Source: Azolla caroliniana (lineage: Eukaryota > Plantae > Polypodiophyta). Taken from it: a stretch of 64,000 nucleotides of DNA. Positions 32,113-43,000 of the stretch are shown piece after piece. The stretch's first letter is position 1, and each line of letters starts with the position of its first letter. The notes under the pieces were generated by a model. The model worked only from the letters and a program-made list of their open reading frames with translations, was not told the DNA's origin and did not search any database. The stretch is taken from positions 5,828,001-5,892,000 of the forward strand of contig JBHGNT010000004.1 in NCBI GenBank assembly GCA_043228905.1. The letters are read 5' to 3'. A program made the translations under genes and the position numbers.

Positions 32113-35100
32113 TCATGACACTATCCCCCCTTTAAAACGATGAGTGTAACGAGTCGTTTTGGATTGAGAACCCGGTTTGTCTGCATATTGACGATGGAAG
32201 TCTTCAAGAAGAGCACGAGCATTGGTGACATTCTCTATCGGTTCCCAAGTACGCTCGCTGGGACTATATCCTAGCCAGTCGACTTGATAGTAGAGCTTGT
32301 TGCGAACAAGCTTGGAATCAAGGATGGCGGCAACCTCATACTCAGGTCCAACTTCAAGCTCGATCGGGGGTGGAGGCTGTGTAATACGTCCTAGGATGGT
32401 GCTTTCTTGATAGGGTTCGAGGAGAGAACTATGAAACACCGGATGTATCCGAAGTTGTGGAGGTAGATCAAGACGAAAAATGATATCATTAATCTTTCTA
32501 ATAATACGGAAAGGACCTAATCGCCGATAATCCAACTTCTCGCATGGGTGAGTAGTCTTGATGTGTCGTCGGAGTAGCCATACCCGATCTCCAATGTTAA
32601 AACTAGATGGGAGTCGATGACGATCCGCATAAACCTTGTGTGTTTGTTGAGCTTGTTGGAGATGAGTAGATAAATCCGCTTGTATCTTGCGTAACCTCTC
32701 CAAACGATCCTCTGCGCAAGGATTTGTGGACACCTCTGGGGTTTCAAGTACACACCACCGGGGGTGACATCCCGTATAAGCATAAAATGGTGTAACTTTC
32801 GTGGATGCGTGGATAGAGTTGTTATAGGCAAATTCGGCGAAGTGGAGAATATCTGCCCAGTCATCCTGATGATAGCTGAGAAAGCACCGCAGATACTGCT
32901 CCAGCGTTTGATTGGTTCGTTCAGCTTGGCCGTCGGTTTGTGGGTGGTAGCCGGAGGAGAGGTTACAAGTGACCTTGAGCATGTTAAAAAGGTGCTTCCA
33001 GAATTTTGACATGAACTGGGGTCCACGGTCGCTGATGATACTATCGGGAAGTCCATGATGCCGACATACTTCACGCATGACAATTTCGGCAGTGTCTTCA
33101 CTGGAGATCTCCTTAATACATGGCAAGAAATGAGCCATCTTCGTATATCGATCGACCACCGTTAGAATCGCATTGAACCCCTTAGAGACTGGAAGATCTG
33201 TGATGAAGTCTAGAGCAATGGATTGCCACGGCTTGCTTGGAATTGGTAATGGTTCTAATAAACCATATGGATGATGCCTTGGCATTTTCGCTCTGCAGCA
33301 TGTATCACAAGTCCGAACAAAATCCTCGACAAATTGTCGCATACAGGGCCACCAGAAAGATTGTTGTACTGAATGTAGTGTTTTAGTACTACCAAAATGC
33401 CCAGCTGTATATGTGTCATGACAGTTTTGTACTACTTGAAGGCGGCAACAACCATTAGGAACATACAAAAGTTCTTTAAAGAAGAGTAATCCATCATGGT
33501 ATTTGAATTGCCGATAGTCCGTACCTGATGGTTGCGACTGTGAACACGACGCTCGAGAGGGATAAATTTGTGCTAGTATAGCTTGGGCGAATGCATCTGT
33601 CTTCAAGTCTTTGCGTATGGTATCGATAACGCAGGAATCCATGGGCATGTCAAATATCTTTGTTGCTTGTAGTCGTGCCGATCCCAAGATGACTTGTTTT
33701 CTGTTATCGAAAGCTGGCTCGCCGGGACAGGGTGCTAGGTACGAACGTTGTGATAATGCATCGGCCTTCCCTTGGTGCTTCCCCGGACGATATGTAATTT
33801 TGAAGTCGAAACGCGTGAGGAAGTGGGCCCACCGAGCGTGACGTCGATTCAACACACGAGCATCCTGAAAGTAAGTAAGGTTCTTGTGGTCACTAAATAC
33901 GGTGACCGGATGAGAGGATCCCTCCAAAAAATGCCTCCATTGCATAAAAGAATCCACTATTGCCAATAGCTCCTTATCATGAATTTCGTAGTTGATTTTG
34001 GCAGCGTCAAACTTGCGTGAGTGAAAAGCTACAGGATGTGGCTTCTCATCATTCCCCTGTTGTGACAGAATGCTCCCCAATGCAAAATCCGATGCGTCAG
34101 CTTCGATAATAAATGGTTTTTCTGGATCGACATGAGCTAGAATTGGAGCCGATCTAAATGCCTTTTTCAAACTCTCGAAAGCCACGTCCGTTTCTTCAGA
34201 CCAAATGAACGGTTGTCCCTTCCTGGTAAGTTGTGTGAGAGGTAGAACGATCTTTGAGTAATCTTGTGTGAACTTCCGGTAAAAATTGGCAAAGCCTAGG
34301 AAGCATTGCACATCTCGCACCGAACGTGGAGTCTGCCATTCTACCACCGTTTTGACCTTAGCTGGGTCCATGGAGATGCCTTCTGACGAAATGATGTAGC
34401 CGAGAAATTCCACTTGGTTGCACCCGAAACTACATTTTTCCAGCTTTGCATATAGACCATGTTCTCGAAGTCGTTTTAGTACTAATAGTACATGAGAATC
34501 ATGTTCTTCTTGGGTCTTTGAATAAACCAGTAGATCATCCATATGGATGATCAAACAATCATCCAATAGATCTCGGAATATATCATTAGCCATGTGCTGG
34601 AAGACTGTCGGTGCATTAGTGAGGCCGAACGGCATGACCGTATACTCGAAGTGCCCATATCTGGTGCGAAACGCGGTCTTCCATTCGTCTCCTGGTCGGA
34701 TCCATACGAGGTTATATGCTCCCCATAAGTCGATCTTCGTGAAGAACCTGGCACCATTGATCCGTTCTAAAAGACTTGAGATAAGGGGAAGAGCATACCT
34801 ATTCCTGATTGTAACCTTATTCAGGCCACGGTAATCTACAACAAGACGAAGCGATCCATCCTTTTTCTTGACGAAGAAAATGGGCGCGCTGGCTGGATAT
34901 TTCGAATGCCGGATGAAACCATTTTCCAAATTCTCCTCTATATAGGCCTGAAGGACTTCTAGCTCGGTTGGTGACAAATTGTAGATCGGTCCCCATGGCG
35001 GCTCTTTTCCCGGTTGTAAATCGATGGGGCAATCGTACGGTCGATGATGAGGAAGTGTGTTGGATTGTACTTTATCGAACACATCGGCGTAATGACGATA

Positions 35101-35670
35101 CTTCTCGGGAAGTTGAACGGTGGATCCTTCTTTAGTGGTGCTGGAGGGGTTTACTGATATTGCAAAGAGGAACATTTCCTCCTTGTGCCCTTCTTTACGC
35201 AACTGACGTAGCGAAATGGTTGCCATCTTCTGAGTTGACCCTTGGGTTTGTCGACACCGGATTTCTCTTGTTCTCCAATCTATGTCTGGGTTATGTAACT
35301 CGAACCACGGTAATCCTAAAACTATGGGATGTTCTGGGATACTAATAATATTAAATGATACTACACATGCTAAGTTATCTAGGACAATATTAATGGGCTC
35401 TGACTCTTCTATGATATTTACAGAAGCAATGGGATGTCCATCAATGACTACTATAGAGGCTGGACACTGGAGTTTTCTTAGGGATATCTTATGAGCTTGA
35501 GCAAATTTCTTATCCATAAAGCAAGAGTTAGCTCCGGAATCTAGGAGTGCTAGGACATATACTAGAGGGGTACTTTTAGTACTAACTATTACTTGGGCTA
35601 CGAACACATCACTAACTTGCTTAGAGGGAATGGAACCACTAATGGGCTGCACAGATCTAGGGCTGTCCAA
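32113..35670 (-). CDS. Element D pol polyprotein (protease, RT, RNase H, integrase, chromodomain)
   Basis: Open 1185 codons; LLDSGA, RT motif reads HMDD, EADAS, HHCC, DDE, LGPF, EYEVAAILDS..WLGY..TWEP; frame stays open upstream to the slippery site at 35709. Confidence 0.93.
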   Translation of the reverse strand: MDSPRSVQPISGSIPSKQVSDVFVAQVIVSTKSTPLVYVLALLDSGANSCFMDKKFAQAHKISLRKLQCPASIVVIDGHPIASVNIIEESEPINIVLDNLACVVSFNIISIPEHPIVLGLPWFELHNPDIDWRTREIRCRQTQGSTQKMATISLRQLRKEGHKEEMFLFAISVNPSSTTKEGSTVQLPEKYRHYADVFDKVQSNTLPHHRPYDCPIDLQPGKEPPWGPIYNLSPTELEVLQAYIEENLENGFIRHSKYPASAPIFFVKKKDGSLRLVVDYRGLNKVTIRNRYALPLISSLLERINGARFFTKIDLWGAYNLVWIRPGDEWKTAFRTRYGHFEYTVMPFGLTNAPTVFQHMANDIFRDLLDDCLIIHMDDLLVYSKTQEEHDSHVLLVLKRLREHGLYAKLEKCSFGCNQVEFLGYIISSEGISMDPAKVKTVVEWQTPRSVRDVQCFLGFANFYRKFTQDYSKIVLPLTQLTRKGQPFIWSEETDVAFESLKKAFRSAPILAHVDPEKPFIIEADASDFALGSILSQQGNDEKPHPVAFHSRKFDAAKINYEIHDKELLAIVDSFMQWRHFLEGSSHPVTVFSDHKNLTYFQDARVLNRRHARWAHFLTRFDFKITYRPGKHQGKADALSQRSYLAPCPGEPAFDNRKQVILGSARLQATKIFDMPMDSCVIDTIRKDLKTDAFAQAILAQIYPSRASCSQSQPSGTDYRQFKYHDGLLFFKELLYVPNGCCRLQVVQNCHDTYTAGHFGSTKTLHSVQQSFWWPCMRQFVEDFVRTCDTCCRAKMPRHHPYGLLEPLPIPSKPWQSIALDFITDLPVSKGFNAILTVVDRYTKMAHFLPCIKEISSEDTAEIVMREVCRHHGLPDSIISDRGPQFMSKFWKHLFNMLKVTCNLSSGYHPQTDGQAERTNQTLEQYLRCFLSYHQDDWADILHFAEFAYNNSIHASTKVTPFYAYTGCHPRWCVLETPEVSTNPCAEDRLERLRKIQADLSTHLQQAQQTHKVYADRHRLPSSFNIGDRVWLLRRHIKTTHPCEKLDYRRLGPFRIIRKINDIIFRLDLPPQLRIHPVFHSSLLEPYQESTILGRITQPPPPIELEVGPEYEVAAILDSKLVRNKLYYQVDWLGYSPSERTWEPIENVTNARALLEDFHRQYADKPGSQSKTTRYTHRFKGGIVS

Positions 35671-35696
35671 CCAAATGGCTCCTATTTTGGCTGGAC

Positions 35697-36848
35697 TTAG
35701 TCGTTTAACTCTTCTTCTAACTGACTAAGGACATCAAATCTATTTGCTAGATCTGGGCTATTAGTACTATTAGGACTATCAGATATCCCTACTGAAATAG
35801 GCTCGGGTTTAGTACAATTAGAACTAGCGACTATTTGGTTTACCTGTCTTCTTGGCCTATGGGGGCAATTTATTGCAATATGTCCTGGTCCACCGCAGTA
35901 AAGACATAGTCGATTTGTACGGCGTCGCTGCTTTTCTTCTTCAGATAATGGCCCTCGACAACGTGTAGTGTCAATCTCCATCGGAGTCGGAGTATTCGCT
36001 GGAGGCGCATTATATGACTCCCTTGGAAAAGGTCTTGCTACCACTGAGGTGTAGGTGGGCTCTAATCTTGCCCTCGGCATCTGTAGTTGTCGTTCCGAAT
36101 GTCGCTCAAAGAGGCGGTTGTCACATCTCACCGCGCGACTGATTGCTTCTGTTAAGGACTTTGGCTCTTCGGGGAAGGTCAAGAGTAAATCATTGACGTC
36201 GTTGCGTAAACCATAACGGAATTGCTCCATCAACGCTTGATCATCCCAAGGGATATCAGCGGCGAGTAGGCGAAAATCTGCAGCATATGCGGAGGCTGGA
36301 CGGTCACCCTGGCGTAATCGCCAAATTTTGTTGATTGCGGTCCTGATGCTGTTAGTATCTCCGAAACATGCTTTAAACTCACCTAGAAACTCTTCAAAAT
36401 TGTTGAGTAACAGGGATTCCTTTTCTAATAGTGGAGTAAACCATGCCAACGTTGAGCCACTTAACAAAGTGCCTACTAAACCCACTCGTGATGCATCGGT
36501 GGGATATCGGGAAGGATGCATTTGAATAACTAATCGTACTTGGTTAAGGAACCCTCTAAATTGCGATCGCGTTCCATCGAACTTCGTGGGAAGGCCAATC
36601 TTGGGTTCTTTATGAATCCCTTGTGTTCCGAGCCCTTGTTGTTGCATCGCTACAATGGTTGCTTCGAGTTGTTGCACGCGTAACGCAAGTTCCCCATGTT
36701 GTTGTTGCGTTTGCTGCTTTTCTAAGGAGATTTGTTGAAGATCCCCCAACAACCGTTGGTTTTCTTGTTCCAAAGCATGGAACTTCTCTTTCAAGCATTG
36801 AAATTCCGAGAAAACAGATTGATATTCTTCAGCGCTAACAGTGGCCAT
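35697..36848 (-). CDS. Element D gag (coiled coil, capsid, CCHC knuckle)
   Basis: 383 aa; KFDGTRSQFRGF, QFRYGL, PTPMEID, CLYCGGPGHIAINC. Confidence 0.93.
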   Translation of the reverse strand: MATVSAEEYQSVFSEFQCLKEKFHALEQENQRLLGDLQQISLEKQQTQQQHGELALRVQQLEATIVAMQQQGLGTQGIHKEPKIGLPTKFDGTRSQFRGFLNQVRLVIQMHPSRYPTDASRVGLVGTLLSGSTLAWFTPLLEKESLLLNNFEEFLGEFKACFGDTNSIRTAINKIWRLRQGDRPASAYAADFRLLAADIPWDDQALMEQFRYGLRNDVNDLLLTFPEEPKSLTEAISRAVRCDNRLFERHSERQLQMPRARLEPTYTSVVARPFPRESYNAPPANTPTPMEIDTTRCRGPLSEEEKQRRRTNRLCLYCGGPGHIAINCPHRPRRQVNQIVASSNCTKPEPISVGISDSPNSTNSPDLANRFDVLSQLEEELND

Positions 36849-37651
36849 GGGATGAAAGAAAAGAGGAATAAGAGATTAGTAGGAAATGAGAGAGACAGAA
36901 GGTAGGAAAACCGGTTCAAACTGTTAGGAACAGTACTAAGATAGAGAAGGAATTAGTACTAAAAGAAGTATTAGTACAAAGAGAGGTGAAGAACTCTCGA
37001 GAGAAGGAAAGAGTGAGTGAGAGGGAGGGAGAGAGAGAGAGTGATGATAAGAAAAGATATATATTATGTGAAGAAAATGTACAGTAGCTAGGAGGCTTAA
37101 GATTGGCATTGAACCAATTTGGTTCGAAATAAGGCCTTGTGCCTCCTTTTATAGTGTTCTAAGGAATACTCCTGAAGTTTCTAGAATGTTCCAGAGAAAT
37201 CTGGAATATACATCAATTTTCTATAATAAAACATAAATGAAAATAATATTCTATGTATTACAATGTATAGTCTAATGGTCGAGAGCTCGACCCATGTAAT
37301 GTAAGGTCATGGGTTCGAGTCTTGCCATATCATGACTGATTCACTAATTAAGACATGTCAGTTGATGAGGATACCAGCCAATCCACATCCGGATATGTGA
37401 CAACGTTTGTAGGAGGAACCATTTCGTAGCAGTTGTGGCTCTTTTAAGCACATAAGCCGAATACATGGTTGTCGTCGAAACCGGCAAGGAAGTTATATGG
37501 ATGAAGGAGTTTATCGAAGAGCTGGGAATTCGGCAAGAAGAATTCTGACTCTACTATGATAACCAAAGTGCCATCCACCTTGTGAAGAATGTCGCCTACC
37601 ACTCGAGGACCAATCACATCCAGAGGAGATACCATTGGCTTCGGGAAAGGG

Positions 37652-37867
37652 TGTCATGGACATGACAACAGACATGTCATTATTCGAACTCTTGAACTAT
37701 TGTATTGTAATTAATTGATATGTTTTAACCAACAGATCCAATACATAGTCATGTTACCTTAGTAGTATCTAATCTATCTTGTGTTTCTCCTCTTCTCTCT
37801 TTCCTCTCACTCATACACATAACATACATCTCTTTCGCCACACAAGAATCATACCCGATTCTTTACA
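37652..37867 (+). mobile_element. LTR remnant related to the copia A LTR U5 end, opposite orientation to A
   Basis: Ends ACACAAGAATCATACCCGATTCTTTACA, the reverse complement of 12396 onward. Confidence 0.7.
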
Positions 37868-38684
37868 GGTAGCAACTATGCAACTCTTGCCATTGACCGA
37901 TGTAATGGGGTGCAAGCAAGTGGTAGTTTCCATAGATTCCTAAACCCTTACTAATTGTGGCTATAATTATATTCATGAAGATGGGTTGTTGGAAGGGCAA
38001 GCAAATTGGCTATCTAGCTCATCATCACTTTAGAATTATTCATGATGTATTACCTTTGCCATGTTTGATAAGTGGAATGAAAGATGGAAATGCATTCATT
38101 CTGGAACCATTGGCAAAAAGTAGGAAAATGGAATCAAAATTGCCAATGTTTTTTTAAATCCAAGTGATGTCATGGAATGTTTTGGAGTTAGACGACCCCT
38201 TATATAGATGATACAAAAAATGGTCTCTGACAAGAAATTACTAAATGTTTAGTGGGAGGATGTCTAGACTTTCTTTTATTTAACCAACATCACTTAAATG
38301 CTTTCAGAATATCCCATTATGGATCTCTTCTTTCAAGAAATTGGGACGGGATTGGGACATGTTTTGGTTCCCACAATAGGTGACTCGGAAGTCTGTGGTG
38401 GTGTATGTATGGCTATTGCCTAGAGGCAGGTTCCATTCATTATCCAAAAGCAATTGAATATCAATGGCAGGGCCCAATTTATTATTGTACAAAAAGAAGA
38501 AAGTACTTGGGGACCCTTGAATGTATATGATCCTAATATTGCATGTGCTTGAAAACAATTTTGGCAAGATTTACTAAATACTTTACCTCCACTTCATCAT
38601 TGGTGTATCACTGGTGATTTCAACATGATTGAGGATCCCCTTGATAGAGTGGGAGGTAGCTCAACATTGATACATGGACATGAA

Positions 38685-39887
38685 TGTTAAAGACAAAAGT
38701 AAAACTAAACTACAAGAACTTACTAGTAGGAGCAATGACGTGATTGGCAAACGCAAAAGAGCGAATATCATTAATTGGTGTTGTTCACCTTGAATTCATT
38801 CAAGGTGAACTCAAATATTTTTACTAAGTGGCATGCATACATGTTGCAAGCATGTGATACAATAGAGCATGTATGGTTATCACAATGTACTGCCTGTGTT
38901 ATCACTTTGTTCATTGAGGTTGGATTTGGAAAATTTAATAATAATTTTTTTATGTCACCTCTCAATCCCCAACGGAATTGATCATGTAGGGCTTGGTCGC
39001 CCCACCCCACGTCATAGGAAATTTGTCGGAGGTGTAGGTGGATGACTCCTGATTACCTTGCTATACTGAATAGATATTCGCGAGAGCAGCTCATTGTTGA
39101 TCCGTCTCCCCAAAAGTAGCTTCAAACTCAATGAGAAAAGCGGTGATGTCGTTTCCAACAAGGGAGTGAACCACGCCTCTGCTAGTCCCGTCAATAGAGA
39201 ACCCAAGAGACCGACCTGGTGGGAACTTGTGGTGTAACGACGGGGTTATAGGCGGATGATGAGGCAGATTTGATTAAGGACCCGTGAGCGTGTTCCATCG
39301 AACTTATCGGGAAGGCTGACCTTGGGTTCATAGTAGGGTGTCTTGGTATGGTGGTGGTGGGTTGAGTGTGATAGTTGGGGTAAGCGAGGATGTGGCAAAC
39401 TAAAGCTCAAGTAAGGGTAGCATTCTTGGCTTGGAGTTGTTCCGAAGCTGCGAGTATTTGAGGTAGGCTATCGGTAGGATCATCCATGGCTTTCGATGTG
39501 AGGTTAACTGAGAGAACGATAAGGAAGGTGAACAAATTGTTAAAGATAGAAGTAAAACGAAACTAGAAAAACTTACTAGCAAGAGCAAGCGCAGAAAAGC
39601 GAATATCATTAATTGGTGTTGTTCACCTTGAATTCATTCAAGGTGAACTGAAATATTTATACTAAGCGGCATGCATACTTGTTGCATGCATGTGATACAA
39701 TAGAGCATGCATGTGCCAAGTGTAAATAATACAAGGGAGCAATTATGCCATGATGCTAGCTAAAAAACTATAAGGAGCAATTGTACATGACTGTATACTG
39801 GATATGTTGGTTAACACATAACACTTGATTATAACACAAGAGCCCAAGAGTTTGAATCTTGACATGTCCGCTGGCATGTCCGTAACA
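38685..39887 (-). mobile_element. Internally deleted chromovirus-like gypsy element F (second family)
   Basis: Perfect TSD ATGAA; 5' LTR 39538-39887; partial 3' LTR 38685-~38870 fused to gag; gag fragments WGDQALHDQFRWGLRGDIK and LPDKFDGTRS. Confidence 0.85.
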
Positions 39888-40044
39888 ATGAATTGGCAAT
39901 TTGGGAACAATTAGTGTTTTCTTTACAATTGTGAGATGTTTGCCATGCTCTATTTGGTTCGTACCAAATCTTCACTCCATTTTTCACGATCAAATAGGCA
40001 TTTAAGTGGTACCAATTTATCTCGATTAGGTAGATTTTATGTAT

Positions 40045-43000
40045 TGTGGTGTCCCTTGGATGAAAGTTCATGCCTTCATGTTGGGTATGCATGTGTTCCT
40101 TTGTGCCCCTTTTAGCATACCCTTGTTTAGCATGCATGCCTTCATGCTATGGTGCACATGTGTTCCGTTGAGCCACCCTTTTAGCATACCCTTGTTAGGA
40201 CGCATGTAGCTAAGTAAAGCCAACCCAAATGGGTACCTTTGTACGACTATAAATTGAATAGGAAGTAAGAAGCTAAGCAAGCTGGTTTGGATTCCATTTA
40301 TGTGCATTTCACATAATTGGTGGAGAAGCTGAGTAAAATTTTAGCCACTATCACCTCGTTCATGGCGTCCCAATTCCCTCCCGTTGTTGTCGAAGTCGAT
40401 ACCCCTATGTAATCTGAGCTCCCGCAACCTCTTGAGCGGCCACCCCCCTTCCAAATGGAGCAACTCCTTCAAGTCCTCTCCAACGTCATGCTTCAAATCA
40501 GCCACACGAACCAAGCTATGCTCTCCTTCCTCTCCGCTATCAACGATCGGTCTCCACATCAGCCAGATTCCAAGGTTCGCCCAAAGTCCTTCTCCGGCTT
40601 GCCCTTTGAGGACGTCTTAGCATGGTTGGATCAATTTGAGATGATCTCAAGTTACCACAAATGGTTTGACGAGCGCAAGGCTTTGGAAGTTCGCACCTTG
40701 CTGGAAAATGTCGCCGCCACTTGGTACGTACAACAAGCCAACGAAGTGACGGAGAACTGGATGATCCTTTGGGATCTCCTTGTGCAAAACTTCGCCCATC
40801 AAAATTCGGCCCAGACGGCATTACAACAACTCGAGATGTTGCAGCAGCAAGCGCACAAACCAGTAGGCCAATTTGGTGTTCGCCTAAATCAGCTCCTTGT
40901 CTGTGCCGATCCAACCATGCCTGAGCATGTCAAGCTTTTCTTCTTATGGCCCCGTATGCGCCCTAACATCACTCGTCGTGCCCGGGACCAAGGTCCCAAG
41001 ACCTTCAACGATGCGATCCTCATTGCCCAACACATCGAAGCTTGTACGCTATCTTACTCCCAACCACGATGGCCCCCTCCACCATCGACCGACTTGCGCG
41101 CGCAATACCAAGGAGCAACCCCATGGACATTGACGTCCAAAACGTGCAGACGCAGACTCACCGAAACCTTCCTAATCATGACGCCCAAGGACGCCCGAAG
41201 TGTTTCTACTGCCACAATTATGGACACGTCCGATGTTATTGCCGGAAATTGCAACAACAATCTCACAAGCAGCAAGCCCAGATAACCATGGCTGACACAA
41301 CATCATTGGCTGAGCTTTCGGGAAACTAACTTCCGAGGTACTGATGGAAGAGCCAGCCCCCCACATCCAAGCATCCGCCTCTTCTAGTTCACAGGTATGC
41401 ACCACTCTCACCACCATTAATCACTCCACACACACCATCCTATTAGACTCTAGTAGTAGTATCTCTTCAATTAGCACCGCCTTAGTTCACCAATTAGGCC
41501 TCTCCCCACAACCACCGCTCCTTCCATCCAAGTCCTTTTTTGCGATCACCAACATCTATACCACTCTCGCATGCAAGCCATGCACCGTTACCTTAGGCAC
41601 TCTCACATTCTCACACCACTTTTATGTCTTGCCCCACCAACTCTTCCCCCTCACCTTAGGTTGCGATTGGCTCCTCAAGCGTCACACTATGATTGATTTC
41701 GATGCTCACAAACTGATTGTCCCACAAGCTCCCCCTATCCCTCTCCTACACAATAGCCCCCATGTCCCCCACCTCAACCAAGTCTAGGTGGCCCTCAATC
41801 CCAAGGAGCGGTTAATCTCCGTCCGCCAATTGTTAGCTCGTTTTCTGTCACTAGCCCCCCAACCCACGCATGCCGCTACTGTCTCTTTCCCGGTACAACA
41901 TATCATTCGTACCGGGGACACCGCTCCCATCCGCATGGCTACACGCCGACATTCCCCCCTCGACCACAATCGCATCGATGCTACCGTCACCGATATGCTC
42001 ACCAAAGGTATTATCTGTCATGAAGACAACATTTTGGTTATCAAGAATCGAACCCACAGCTTCTTGGTCTATGTGTTGAACCCTTAACCATTGTAATAAC
42101 ATATATGTTGTGTGATTATAATAATTATGTTTCTAGTTATTACAAGATATTAGAATATTCTAGAACATTCTTGATTATTCTAGAACATCCTTTAATATTT
42201 CATGATTATATTTCTTATCATAAAATATAAAATATTTTAGAACATTCTAGATTACTCCATAAGGACCTATAAATAACTGTCTATACATTCGTTTCAACTC
42301 ATTCAGTTCAACACCAGTCTTTAGCCCTTAGCCTACTCATTGTAATCTTGTTTCATCATAATATAATCTCATTTCTATTTCAAGTCTTATCTCTCTCACT
42401 CTCTCTCTCTTTCACACGCACACACACACACCCTCTCTCTTTTGCTCTCACTCTTGCTCTCACTCTATCTTCTACCCACGAGTCTCGACATTATCATTCC
42501 TTCCACCAGCGATTGGGTTTCGGAACCCCGCCTCATCAAGAAGGATGATGGCACCTTCCGCTTCTGCATTGACTTTAGGCCTCTCAACAAAGTGACGATC
42601 CATGACCTCTACCCACTCCCTCGCGTGGACGACCTCTTGGACCAGCTCAGGGGCTCCCGTTATTTCACCTCCCTTGACTTAGCCTCGGGATATTGTCAGA
42701 TCCCCTTAAAGTCATCTAACGCCCACAAGACCGCATTCCGCACACAACGCAGGTTGTTCCAGTTCACCCGCATGCCGTTTGGCCTGTCTAATGCCGGCAA
42801 CACATTCCAACGCATGGCAAACTCCATCTTTGCCAGCCTTATCAGTAAAGGCGTCCTCCTCATTTATCTCGACAACATCCTTATCCACACTGCCACTTGG
42901 GAGGATCATCAACAAACTCTCGCTGAAGTCCTCGCTTGCATAACTAAGCATAACTTGCAACTCCAATGGAAGAAGTGTCGATGGGGAATCCGTATGGACC

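Larger units (their letters stand above)
31695..37337 (-). mobile_element. Full-length chromovirus (Tcn1-like) Ty3/gypsy element D
   Basis: LTRs 31695-32120 and 36922-37337; perfect TSD GATTC; PPT AAAGGGGGGATAG; no tRNA-type PBS. Confidence 0.97.
30412..37651 (+). mobile_element. Old Tork-like copia RT-RNase H relic split by a solo LTR and element D
   Basis: PRYKARFVVKGF (30412-30612), LLYVDDML..IPYAS (31052-31694), STSGYV..AIHLVKN..YHSRT (37343-37651). Confidence 0.88.

Noticed and set aside
32044-32116. Calling the LTR module a functional tRNA gene
   Set aside because: Acceptor and anticodon stems do not pair; only the A/B boxes and D arm are tRNA-like.
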